A stretch of 64,000 nt of DNA from an uncultured Acidobacteriota bacterium (GTDB lineage: Bacteria > Acidobacteriota > UBA6911). The notes beneath the pieces were generated by a model. It did no database searches, was not told the DNA's origin, and worked only from the letters and a program-made list of their open reading frames with translations. Both the position numbers and the translations under genes were made by a program. Location: assembly GCA_963827655.1 (NCBI GenBank), contig CAWHCF010000022.1:348967-412966 (forward strand). The letters are read 5' to 3'. Of the stretch, positions 10,354 to 19,242 are shown piece by piece; position 1 is the first letter of the stretch, and each line of letters opens with the position of its first letter.

Positions 10354-11361
10354 CTAGTACTCGCAGAGCGGGCTGTGGACCTCATACGGCTTCGCCGGTT
10401 TCATGGGTCCTTCAGCGTTATGGCAATCCAGGCAGATCGCGGTCTTCACAACCAGACGGTGCTTGGAAGTAGACCCGGAGTGAACCTGGTGACACGACAG
10501 GCAGGTTGTGTCGGAGCCGAAGACCGCGACGTCGCGGATACTTCGCAGGACGTGGCGATCGCCGGGGTTCAGGCGCACATCGTCCGCTCGGGAAAAGTCG
10601 ACCTCGAAATCCTGGAAGAGATTGTCCCCCGCTACGAAGTTGTTCGCGTAAGGGAGTCCGGTGGAGCGCGACTTTCCCATCCGGATATGGCACTGCGCGC
10701 AGATCGAAGTAATGGCCTGGCTCTCGGTTCTGCGCTTCTTCGACAACAAGATCAGCGACGTGTCATTCGTATGCTCCAGGCTGACGCTGCCGTGGCATGT
10801 GAAGCAGTCCAATCCAAACGCCGAGAAGGTCCTGGTTTTTGGATCTACCGCCGTGGAGTGGCACCCGGCGCATCGGTTCGCGAACTTGTCTTTGTCCCAG
10901 GCCGGTCGCTCGACTTCAATCCACCTCTCCACACTCCGGTCGTGAGTTAACACCGCCTGTGTGGAAAGTAACGCGAATTTTCCGTAGCCTTGTTTCTTGA
11001 GGAAACGGACGTGACGACGGCTTCCCATGACGTATTCAATCTCGGAAACCATTCGAGCAAGAGCGGGCTCTCCTCGAACGACACGCTGCAGCTCCTGAGC
11101 ATCCTCCTGTTGGCGCACCGCCGTGCCGTGCGTGTTCTTCTGCCATGTCGGCCCTATGTCATTCCGGTGACAGAAAAGGCACTCGTCACCGTGGACATAT
11201 TCAGGTATCGGCTTGCCCGCATGGTTGCCACCCCAGGCCGAAGGATCCAGCTTTTTCTCCTGCGGCCTGACGGGGCCGAGCCCCCACAGCAGGAAAATCG
11301 CTGCGGCAGCGGCGAACCGAATTTCAGAAGACATAAGCCCGGCGATATCTCTCGGTTTCAT
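10354..11361 (-). CDS. secreted multihaem cytochrome c (six CxxCH motifs)
   Basis: CLFCH, CAGCH, CFTCH, CAQCH, CLSCH, CLDCH. There is an N-terminal hydrophobic signal. Confidence 0.8.
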   Translation of the reverse strand: MKPRDIAGLMSSEIRFAAAAAIFLLWGLGPVRPQEKKLDPSAWGGNHAGKPIPEYVHGDECLFCHRNDIGPTWQKNTHGTAVRQQEDAQELQRVVRGEPALARMVSEIEYVMGSRRHVRFLKKQGYGKFALLSTQAVLTHDRSVERWIEVERPAWDKDKFANRCAGCHSTAVDPKTRTFSAFGLDCFTCHGSVSLEHTNDTSLILLSKKRRTESQAITSICAQCHIRMGKSRSTGLPYANNFVAGDNLFQDFEVDFSRADDVRLNPGDRHVLRSIRDVAVFGSDTTCLSCHQVHSGSTSKHRLVVKTAICLDCHNAEGPMKPAKPYEVHSPLCEY

Positions 11362-11440
11362 GGTCGTTGCCCAGCCGCTTCATTGAAGAACAAGAATAAT
11401 GAAACCATAGATCAGGAAAACAAGAAACCAGGAAACTAGC

Positions 11441-11481
11441 CAAGGGCTGCGCCCTTGATATCCCGCTGCGCGGGATATAGG
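11441..11481. promoter_or_regulatory. two adjacent perfect mini-hairpins with TGC loops in the divergent cytochrome/amidohydrolase intergenic region
   Basis: caagggcTGCgcccttg and atatcccgcTGCgcgggatat. Confidence 0.4.
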
Positions 11482-11700
11482 GCCAGGAGTCAGGAGCCAG
11501 GAGCCAGAATGGCCTTTGCACATGCATTCAGCAGGCGGCTCAAGTCCTCCCGGAGATTCATACCTCCTTCTTCAGGTTTGCCGTAACCCAGGTCGTGTGC
11601 CAGAATCAGGGTTGCATCAGATCACCCCATCTCGTGATGTTATCCTTTCGGTAGTGCCAATCAACTTCTTGCTCCTGACTCCTGACTTCTGGCTTCTAAC
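11482..11700. repeat. inverted CAGGAGC / GCTCCTG unit arrays about 150 nt apart
   Basis: ggccaggagtcaggagccaggagccag (11482-11508) versus gctcctgactcctgacttctggcttc (11672-11697). Confidence 0.55.
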
Positions 11701-11781
11701 GTGAACAGAATTCTCGTAAGCTCGGACATATCGGACATAACGGTCTAATGGCTTCAACTCGCGCTTGATTTTGATAGCGCG

Positions 11782-13125
11782 GTGAAACAAGATGCATACT
11801 TCCTGAAAGGAGCCTCAGAGGTGAACGCGATCCTTCGTATCACGGGCGCGATAGCAGCGCTCTTTCTGGTCCCGTCACGGGCGCCGGCAGAAGATTGGCT
11901 GAGACAAATCGAGAATGAAACCGCGAAAATCGAGGCTCAAATCACCGCCCTGCGCCACCAGATCCATCAGTATCCCGAGCTTTCAAACCGGGAAGAGAAG
12001 ACCGCAGGCCTCGTGGCGGATCACCTCAAGAAACTTGGCCTGGAGGTCAAAACCGGTATTGCGCATCACGGGGTGGTGGCGCTGCTCAAAGGAGGGCGCC
12101 CGGGTCCGACCATAGCGGTGCGGGCCGATATGGACGCGCTCCCAGTGACCGAGGACACGCCCCTCCCCTTCAAGTCCCGCGTCCGCGCCAGCTACCTGGG
12201 ACAGGATGTGGGCGTAATGCATGCCTGCGGCCACGACGTGCACACGGCCGTACAGCTCGGCGTGGCCTCGGTGCTGAACTCGATTCGAGCCAATATCCCC
12301 GGCACGATCAAGTTCATTTTTCAGCCCGCCGAGGAAGGACCGCCCCCACCCGAGGAAGGTGGCGCGCGCATGATGGTGAAACAAGGAGTGCTCGAAAATC
12401 CAAAGCCGGAAGCAATCTTCGGCCTCCACACGTTTTCCGAACTGCCGGTTGGAGTTCTCGGTTTTACCGAAGGGCCGGCGTTTGCCGCCACCGATACTTT
12501 CGAAGTCAAGATCATCGGCAAACAGGCGCACGGCGCCGCGCCCGAGTTATCGGTCGACCCGGTGGTCACGGCGGCCCAGTTTGTTCTGGCTTTGCAGACG
12601 ATCAGGGCGCGCATTCTCTCTCCGCTCGAGCCGAGCGTAATCACAGTCGGAACGATTCACGGCGGACAGCGCCACAACATCATCCCGGCCGAGGTGACGC
12701 TTTCGGGAACCATCCGTTCCTACAGCGATGAAGTCCGGAACACCGTCGAAGAAAAATTTCGAAATATTTTGAAAGGCGTCACGGCGGCGGCCGGCGCGAC
12801 CTTCGAGATCGTGCGTTACGAACGAGGTGTCCCCGCCGTCATCAACAATCTTTCACTCACCCGGGAATCGATCCCGGCGCTGGAGCGCGTGGTGGGAAAG
12901 GAGAATGTGAAGCGGATTCCTCCCACCATGGGAGGCGAGGATTTTTCCTATTTCGCGAATGTGATTCCCGGATTTTTCTATCGCCTGGGGATGGTAAAAC
13001 CCGGGACAATGTCGGGCGGCCATCACACTCCGACTTTTCTGGCCGATGATTCCAGCGTCGCCGTCGGCATCAAGGCGATGAGTCATCTTCTGCTGGATTA
13101 TCTGGGCAGGCGCAGCAAGCAGTAA
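11782..13125 (+). CDS. M20D family amidohydrolase/peptidase (hippurate hydrolase-like), signal peptide
   Basis: 'HACGHDVH' metal-binding motif, 'GGEDFSYF' and M20 dimerisation-domain pattern. Confidence 0.85.
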   Translation: MKQDAYFLKGASEVNAILRITGAIAALFLVPSRAPAEDWLRQIENETAKIEAQITALRHQIHQYPELSNREEKTAGLVADHLKKLGLEVKTGIAHHGVVALLKGGRPGPTIAVRADMDALPVTEDTPLPFKSRVRASYLGQDVGVMHACGHDVHTAVQLGVASVLNSIRANIPGTIKFIFQPAEEGPPPPEEGGARMMVKQGVLENPKPEAIFGLHTFSELPVGVLGFTEGPAFAATDTFEVKIIGKQAHGAAPELSVDPVVTAAQFVLALQTIRARILSPLEPSVITVGTIHGGQRHNIIPAEVTLSGTIRSYSDEVRNTVEEKFRNILKGVTAAAGATFEIVRYERGVPAVINNLSLTRESIPALERVVGKENVKRIPPTMGGEDFSYFANVIPGFFYRLGMVKPGTMSGGHHTPTFLADDSSVAVGIKAMSHLLLDYLGRRSKQ

Positions 13126-13165
13126 GCAGTAAGCTGCTTGCTGCCTGCTTACTGCTATTGCTTGA
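13120..13165. terminator. hairpin of GCAGTAAGC/GCTTACTGC units directly after the M20 amidohydrolase stop
   Basis: agcagtaagcagtaagctgcttgctgcctgcttactgctattgctt. A further 'tgcttactgcctactatttactgc' lies at 13265-13290. Confidence 0.4.
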
Positions 13166-13192
13166 TATCTAATACCGAAATGAATAGAATGC

Positions 13193-14135
13193 GTGCCGAA
13201 TTCGGCACAATTGAGGGTCTTCGTAAGGGCCATGAAGTGCACAGGCAGCGTCGACTCACTGCCCACTGCTTACTGCCTACTATTTACTGCTTTTCATGGA
13301 GAGTTCAGCTTGGCGACCCAAGACAAGTCTGGAGGCCAATTCCTGACGGCGGCGGGCCTGGCGGTTTTCTTCTGTGGCCTCGCCTTCGTGGGAACGTATC
13401 TCGTGATCACCAAGAAATGGTGGTTCCCCGAGGGCATTTCGTCCATTGCCCCTAGCATCGATTCGCAATTCGCCATCACCATGTGGATCTCGGGTATTGT
13501 TTTCGTCCTGGCGCAGGTAGCTCTCGGCGTCCTGATATTCCGTTTTCGCGATCGCGGAGGTCAGTCGCAGTATTCCCACGGCAACACAAAAATGGAAGTA
13601 CTGTGGACGGGCTTGACCGCGATTCTCTTCGTCGGCCTCGCGGTCATGGGCCGCACGGCCTGGGCGGAGCTCCATTTCCTGGGACCGGAACCCGGCGCGA
13701 TGCAGGTAGAAGTAACCGGAGCCCAGTTTGAATGGCAGTTTCGTTACCCCGGTCCGGACGGCCAGTTCGGGACCACCGATCCCAAACGGGTCAGCGAGAC
13801 TGCGGCGAATCCGCTCGGACTCGATCTGAACGAACCCGCAGCGAAAGATGACATCGTCATGCCGGTGATGGCGGTTCCGGTCAACCGGCCCGTGGAAGTG
13901 ATTCTGCGTTCGAAAGACGTGATCCACAGTTTTTTTGTCCCGCAGCTTGCGAGTAAAGCAGGATACCGTCCCGGGTCTGGCCATCCGAATTCACTTCACC
14001 GCCCAGAAAGAAGGCGAATATGAGGTCGCCTGCGCCGAGCTCTGCGGCCTGGGACACTACAAGATGCGAACCTCGTTTACCGTCATGTCCGAAGAGAATT
14101 TCCAGAAGTGGCTCAAGGAAAACGCGCCGCAATAG
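13193..14135 (+). CDS. coxB: cytochrome c oxidase subunit II, reading frame broken by an apparent 1-nt insertion near 13948
   Basis: Two N-terminal TM helices. 'DVIHSFFVPQL' then shifts into the frame carrying the CuA site 'EGEYEVACAELCGLGHYKM'. Removing g from 'cagcttgcgagtaaag' restores 'PQLRVKQDTVPG'. Confidence 0.85.
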
Positions 14136-14173
14136 TTTCGCCCAGCCTCATACTTCATCATGGAAGGTAGATT

Positions 14174-15925
14174 ATGAGCCAATCAGGCAGCATGGCAGTT
14201 CATCATGAAGCGCCCAAGAGCTTCATCCGCCGTTACGTTTTCAGTTTGGATCACAAGGTTATCGGAATCCAGTACTGGTGGCTGGCGCTTTTTTCAGTCT
14301 TTGTCGGCATAGTCCTGTCGGTGTTAATGAGGATTCAGCTGGCCTGGCCCGGGCGCCCGCTCCCCTTCTTCAAGGATGGGTTCATGACTCCGGAGCAGTA
14401 TCTGGCGCTGGTCACCATGCACGGGACCATCATGGTCTTTTTCGTTCTGACCACCGCGCCGCAAAGCGGATTCGGCAACTTCGCCCTTCCCATTCAGATC
14501 GGCGCCGCCGACATGGCGTTCCCGGTGCTCAACATGCTTTCCTTCTGGACCACCTTTCTGTCGCTGGCCGTGATGCTGGCGGCCTTCTTCGTGGAAGCCG
14601 GCGCGCCCATCGGCGGCTGGACGGCCTATGCTCCGCTGAGCGCACTGGGAGAAGCCGCAGGCCCGGGACAGGGTATGGGCATGAACCTCTGGGTGATCAG
14701 CCTCTTCATTTTCTGCGCCGCCTCGTTAATGGGAGCGCTGAATTTCATCGTCACGACGCTTGACTTGAGGACCAAGGGGATGTCGTTGATGAGGATGCCC
14801 CTGACTGTCTGGGCCTGGTTCACGACGGCCATCCTCGGCTTGCTCGCCTTCGCGGTCCTGATGGGCGCCTGCGTGCTCCTGCTCCTGGACCGGGTCGCCG
14901 GAACCAGTTTCTTCATCCCCGGAGGCCTGGTAGTCGGGCAGAAGCCCCTTGCCAATCAAGGCGGCTCACCCCTGCTCTGGCAACACCTCTTCTGGTTCTT
15001 CGGACACCCTGAGGTCTACATCGCAATTCTTCCCGGAATGGGTGTGGTCTCACAGATACTCTCGACTTTTTGCCGCAAACCCATCTTCGGCTACAAGGCG
15101 ATGGTTTACGCTATCCTCGGGATCGCCGTCCTGAGCTGTACGGTCTGGGGTCATCACATGTTCATCAGTGGCATGAACCCCTACACGTCGTTTGCATTCT
15201 CCCTCCTGACCGTCGCGATCGGTGTTCCTTCGGCCATAAAAACCTTCAACTGGCTGGGAACGATATGGGGCGGGAGAGTCCAGTTGACCACCGCGAATCT
15301 CTTCGCGCTCGGCTTCGTGTCGTTGTTCGTCTCCGGTGGTATCACGGGTATTTTCCTGGCCCAGCCTTCGGTGGACCTCCCCTTGCATGACACCGTCTTC
15401 GTCGTGGCGCATTTCCACCTGGTGATGGGCGTCGCGGCAATTTTCGGCATGTTTGCCGGAACCTTCTACTGGTTTCCCAAGATGTTCGGGCGAATGATGA
15501 ACGAATCGCTGGGGAGAATACATTTCTGGATAACCCTGGTGGGCGTCTACTGCATCTTCTTCCCCATGCACTTCATGGGATTCTCCGGACAGCTGCGGCG
15601 CTATTTCGATTTCACGGGTTACAAATTCCTGGCCGAGATGCCTCCACTCAACACTTTTATCAGCATCGTCGCCATCATCACGGCGTTAGGTCAATTGATC
15701 TTTCTCTTCAACCTGTTCTGGAGCCTGGCCAAGGGACGGCGGGCCGAAATGAACCCCTGGCGCTGTACCACGCTTGAGTGGACCGTGCCGTCGCCCCCGC
15801 CTCATGAGAATTTCGAGGGCCCGCCGCCGGTCGTATATCGTGGCGCGTACGAATATAGTGTGCCGGGAGCCAAGGAGGACTTTGTTCTTCAAACCGAAGC
15901 CGCTGCTCCCGTGGGGAGGCACTGA
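14174..15925 (+). CDS. ctaD: cytochrome c oxidase subunit I
   Basis: 583 aa. Classical 12-TM haem-copper oxidase subunit I ('GHPEVYI', 'WAHHMF', 'HFHLVM'). Confidence 0.95.
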   Translation: MSQSGSMAVHHEAPKSFIRRYVFSLDHKVIGIQYWWLALFSVFVGIVLSVLMRIQLAWPGRPLPFFKDGFMTPEQYLALVTMHGTIMVFFVLTTAPQSGFGNFALPIQIGAADMAFPVLNMLSFWTTFLSLAVMLAAFFVEAGAPIGGWTAYAPLSALGEAAGPGQGMGMNLWVISLFIFCAASLMGALNFIVTTLDLRTKGMSLMRMPLTVWAWFTTAILGLLAFAVLMGACVLLLLDRVAGTSFFIPGGLVVGQKPLANQGGSPLLWQHLFWFFGHPEVYIAILPGMGVVSQILSTFCRKPIFGYKAMVYAILGIAVLSCTVWGHHMFISGMNPYTSFAFSLLTVAIGVPSAIKTFNWLGTIWGGRVQLTTANLFALGFVSLFVSGGITGIFLAQPSVDLPLHDTVFVVAHFHLVMGVAAIFGMFAGTFYWFPKMFGRMMNESLGRIHFWITLVGVYCIFFPMHFMGFSGQLRRYFDFTGYKFLAEMPPLNTFISIVAIITALGQLIFLFNLFWSLAKGRRAEMNPWRCTTLEWTVPSPPPHENFEGPPPVVYRGAYEYSVPGAKEDFVLQTEAAAPVGRH

Positions 15926-15952
15926 CTCCTGCATTCTCCAGGCGGTTAATGT

Positions 15953-16612
15953 ATGAATCCGACTTTAGTTGACACCGAACTCGAGACTCCGCCGGAGCTG
16001 GACCGCGGCGGCGGTGGCTTCAAGGACCCGGGCTCCGATGGCGGCGGAGATGGCGGCCGCGATCCGGTGGCGCGCTTTGATACTTACCAGACGGTAGTCT
16101 GGGTGTTGATGATCCCCATCGTCATGCTCTTTGCGGGTCTGACCAGCTCCCTGGTAATTCGCAAAGGGATATCCGACGATTGGATCTCGATCGAGATCCC
16201 AAAGATCTTGTGGCTGAACACACTGGTGCTCCTGTCGAGCAGCGCCGCCCTGGAAGTAGCGCGCCGCGCGCTGAAACGAGGGAACCACGACGGCTTTCGC
16301 GTCTGGCTCTGGATCACCGCGGCGCTGGGGACGCTCTTCCTGCTCGGCCAGATCGCAGCCTGGCGGGAACTGGCCGCGCAAGGGGCGTTTCTGTCCAGCA
16401 ACCCGAGCAGCGCTTTCTTTTACGTTTTGACCGCGTCGCACGGAGCCCACCTGATTGGCGGAATGGTCGCGCTGATCTACCTGACCATTCGAGTATTCCA
16501 GAACCAGTTCGGGGCAAGGCGGCGATCGGCGCTCAAGGCGACGGCGGTCTACTGGCACTTCATGGATGGTCTCTGGATCTACTTAATAGCCCTGCTGATT
16601 TTCTGGAGGTAG
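15953..16612 (+). CDS. coxC: cytochrome c oxidase subunit III
   Basis: Subunit III family ('YWHFMDGLW'). Confidence 0.85.
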   Translation: MNPTLVDTELETPPELDRGGGGFKDPGSDGGGDGGRDPVARFDTYQTVVWVLMIPIVMLFAGLTSSLVIRKGISDDWISIEIPKILWLNTLVLLSSSAALEVARRALKRGNHDGFRVWLWITAALGTLFLLGQIAAWRELAAQGAFLSSNPSSAFFYVLTASHGAHLIGGMVALIYLTIRVFQNQFGARRRSALKATAVYWHFMDGLWIYLIALLIFWR

Positions 16613-16616
16613 TCTC

Positions 16617-17249
16617 GTGGCACATGGCGAATCACACGCGATAGCGGTGGAGCCCACCTGGGAAGGAGGGGCCGCACCTTACGGAATAGGCTCCAAGAAG
16701 TTGGGCATGTGGTTGTTCATCGCAGCGGATACTCTCACGTTTTCGGCCTGCTTGATCGCCTACAGTTATGTGCGTCTGGCGAGTCCCGAGTGGCCCCGGC
16801 CTTTCGAGTGGGGCAGCATCGTCAATGCCATCGTCATGACGGCCTGCCTGCTCTCGAGCAGCTTGACCATGGTGATAGCGGTTGCCGCCGCCGCGCGCGG
16901 GGAGCGGAAGAAAACGGTGCGGTTCATCCTGTTTACCATCGCCGGCGGAGTCGCCTTCATCGTTCTGCATGCCCAGGAATGGATGGCCCTGATCGACCAC
17001 GAGCACGTGACCCCGTTTTCAAACCCCTGGGGCGTCCCTCTCTTCGGAGCCACGTTCTTTGCTCTGACCGGCCTCCATATGACGCACGTGACGATTGGAG
17101 TGATTTATCTGGCAATCATTGCGACCGGGGTCGGGCGCGGAAAGTTTACGCCGGAAGACGTGGAAGTCTCGGGTCTGTACTGGCACTTCGTCGATCTGGT
17201 CTGGATGTTCATTTTCCCGATGGTCTATCTTCTCTCGAACAAGTTTTAA
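16617..17249 (+). CDS. second cytochrome oxidase subunit III-family protein
   Basis: 'GLYWHFVDLVWMFIF' motif. It is a tandem paralogue of the preceding gene. Confidence 0.75.
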   Translation: MAHGESHAIAVEPTWEGGAAPYGIGSKKLGMWLFIAADTLTFSACLIAYSYVRLASPEWPRPFEWGSIVNAIVMTACLLSSSLTMVIAVAAAARGERKKTVRFILFTIAGGVAFIVLHAQEWMALIDHEHVTPFSNPWGVPLFGATFFALTGLHMTHVTIGVIYLAIIATGVGRGKFTPEDVEVSGLYWHFVDLVWMFIFPMVYLLSNKF

Positions 17250-17266
17250 GAGGCGGAGGCGTCGTA

Positions 17267-17575
17267 ATGTCTGCTCAAGATGCTCATGCGGTCGGCAGCA
17301 CAAAGCTCTTCATCTGGGTCTGGTTCTGGCTGGTGTTGCTGACAATTATCGAGGTCGTGCTGGCCTACCGGCGACTGGGTCTGGCGATGATGATCGTGAT
17401 CCTGCTGGGGCTTTCGTTAATGAAATCGGCTTTGATCATGGGTTACTTCATGCATCTCAAGTTCGAGAGAATGAGCCTGATCCTCACACTCATTCCTGCC
17501 CTCGTGATCCTGATCTGTCTGATGTTCATCAGCTTTCCGGACAGCGTCCGGATCCAACAATTGACTCCCAGGTGA
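17267..17575 (+). CDS. cytochrome oxidase subunit IV-like small membrane protein
   Basis: About 100 aa with 3 TM helices, immediately after the subunit III genes, with an ATG start at 17267. Confidence 0.5.
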   Translation: MSAQDAHAVGSTKLFIWVWFWLVLLTIIEVVLAYRRLGLAMMIVILLGLSLMKSALIMGYFMHLKFERMSLILTLIPALVILICLMFISFPDSVRIQQLTPR

Positions 17576-17704
17576 AATCGATGAATCGCGGATTGCAGAT
17601 CGGGGATGGCGGACTGGGACGCGTGACACCGGACTGTTTCCCTCAGGCGCGATCCAAGGATCGGGCTCGGGCGAACCGGCAAGCTCGCGCTGCCTCTGAT
17701 TGCG

Positions 17705-17887
17705 GTGCTGCTCGCCGGGTTCACGTCGCAAGCCTACGCGCAGGGCTGCGCCATGTGCCTGGCCAGCGCAATGTCGCAAGGGGTGCGAGCGATCGAAGCG
17801 ATGAATCTCGGAATCCTTATTCTTCTGGTCCCGCCGTTTCTCATGATCCTCGCCATCTTTACCTTTCTTTTTCTCCGCAGGTCATGA
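17705..17887 (+). CDS. small CxxC protein with C-terminal TM helix (hypothetical)
   Basis: ORF with 'QGCAMC' and a hydrophobic C-terminal anchor at the 3' end of the cox operon. Weak. Confidence 0.25.
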   Translation: MLLAGFTSQAYAQGCAMCLASAMSQGVRAIEAMNLGILILLVPPFLMILAIFTFLFLRRS

Positions 17888-18034
17888 CGATTGCGGATTG
17901 CGGATTGTAGTGATGCCATCGACAGACCTTAAGAATCCGAATCAAACTAATCCGAAATCTTACTTCTGTCGCTGAATTCGCCGTCCTCTAATCTTCTGTT
18001 TGCAGTTCAATCCGCAATCTGCAATCCGCAATTC
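17888..18034. repeat. inverted GATTGCG/CGCAATC arrays flanking about 100 nt at the 3' end of the cox operon (convergent with the TPR gene)
   Basis: acgattgcggattgcggattg ... caatccgcaatctgcaatccgcaattc. Confidence 0.6.
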
Positions 18035-18041
18035 CGAGGGG

Positions 18042-19064
18042 TTAACGCTTCAGGCGCTTCAGGTCTTTCTTGACTTCCTCGCTGTCGGGTTTCAGTTTCA
18101 GCGCGGCTTCCAACTCTGATACCGCTTCACGAGTACGGCTCATCTTTTCGAGCACGAGGCCGAGGCGCCAGCGTCCAGCCCAGATGGGAGGCGCGGTCGG
18201 TTCGGGCTCCTGCGTAAGGTACTTTCGAAAAGCGGCCTCGGCCCGCGTCAATTCCTTTCCGTTGCGCAGCAGAATATTGCCGGCCACGTAGTTAGGAGCA
18301 AGATTGTCCGGCACGTTCTTCTCGGCCTGGGCCAGTATCGCCTCGACTTCGGGCCAGCGCTCCTGGAGGGCGCCGCCGGCGGCCAGAAGAGTATAGGCGC
18401 CGACGCGTCCGGAATCGATGGCGAGCGCGGCGCGCGCATGCTTCTCCACCAGGTCAAACCTCACCGGGTTGCGTTCGATGTAAAGGCCGGCAAGTGATGT
18501 ATGCGCCTCGTAACTGCGCGGATCAGCCTGGGCGGCTTTGCGGTAAAGTTCCTCCAGCGTGCTCTTATCACGTTCCAACTCCGCCAGCTGTGCCGCAGCG
18601 AGATAGCCGCGCGCCGCATCGATTCGACCAACGCGCTCGGGAATCTCACGGGCCTTGTTCTTGTCCCCGCCTACGATTCCCGGCGCTTCCCATAGATACT
18701 CCATATAGCCGACCAGCAGCCGCACGTGGTAAGGATCAAGCTGGAGCGCCAGGTCCAGTTCCTTCTTGCAACGGCGCGCCAGGAGCGTCTGCCGGAAAAC
18801 AGAGGCGCGCTGGGCCATACGTCCGTAAACCTGCGCCAGAACGGCGCGATAGGAAGCATTGCGGCCGTCCAGGGCCACTGCTTTTTCGGCCAGCGGCAAC
18901 GCTCCGTCGAGATCGCCGTACTCCAGCTTGATTCGCGCCATCCACCAGAGCCCCGCGGCGTCGCTCGGATTTGCCGCCAAACGCGATTCCACCAGAGCAC
19001 GGGCGCGCTTCCAGTGTCCGGCTTCGATCAGCGATTCGACCGGCGGTGTTTGGGCCTTCGCCAT
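18042..19064 (-). CDS. TPR repeat protein
   Basis: Repeated A/L/Y-rich 34-residue motifs. Confidence 0.75.
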   Translation of the reverse strand: MAKAQTPPVESLIEAGHWKRARALVESRLAANPSDAAGLWWMARIKLEYGDLDGALPLAEKAVALDGRNASYRAVLAQVYGRMAQRASVFRQTLLARRCKKELDLALQLDPYHVRLLVGYMEYLWEAPGIVGGDKNKAREIPERVGRIDAARGYLAAAQLAELERDKSTLEELYRKAAQADPRSYEAHTSLAGLYIERNPVRFDLVEKHARAALAIDSGRVGAYTLLAAGGALQERWPEVEAILAQAEKNVPDNLAPNYVAGNILLRNGKELTRAEAAFRKYLTQEPEPTAPPIWAGRWRLGLVLEKMSRTREAVSELEAALKLKPDSEEVKKDLKRLKR

Positions 19065-19124
19065 CGCAACCGCAAGAACAAGGCCAGCACACCCGCTTTG
19101 AGGTTCATCCGGTTCTCGAGCCCA

Positions 19125-19242
19125 CGAAAAAGTGAAAAGTGCTGAGTAAAAAGTAGAAAGTTAGAACGGGCTTGGCCGTCGCTCGCCACTTTTGACTTTC
19201 AACTCAGCACTTTCCACTTTTTTTTACTCAGCACTTTTCACT
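19125..19242. repeat. about 118-bp near-perfect palindrome (35-bp arms) between the TPR and M23 peptidase genes
   Basis: aagtgaaaagtgctgagtaaaaagtagaaagtt...aactcagcactttccacttttttttactcagcacttttcactt. Confidence 0.7.

Noticed and set aside
11516-11704. 62-aa ORF between the inverted CAGGAGC arrays
   Set aside because: It lies wholly within a repeat-rich intergenic regulatory region and has no motif or plausible RBS.
14278-17575. Long alternative-frame ORFs overlapping ctaD and coxC (14278..14763, 16180..16644, 16709..17575)
   Set aside because: These are off-frame read-throughs of strongly supported oxidase genes. Only the last about 100 codons of 16709..17575 (from the ATG at 17267) were kept, as a subunit IV-like gene.
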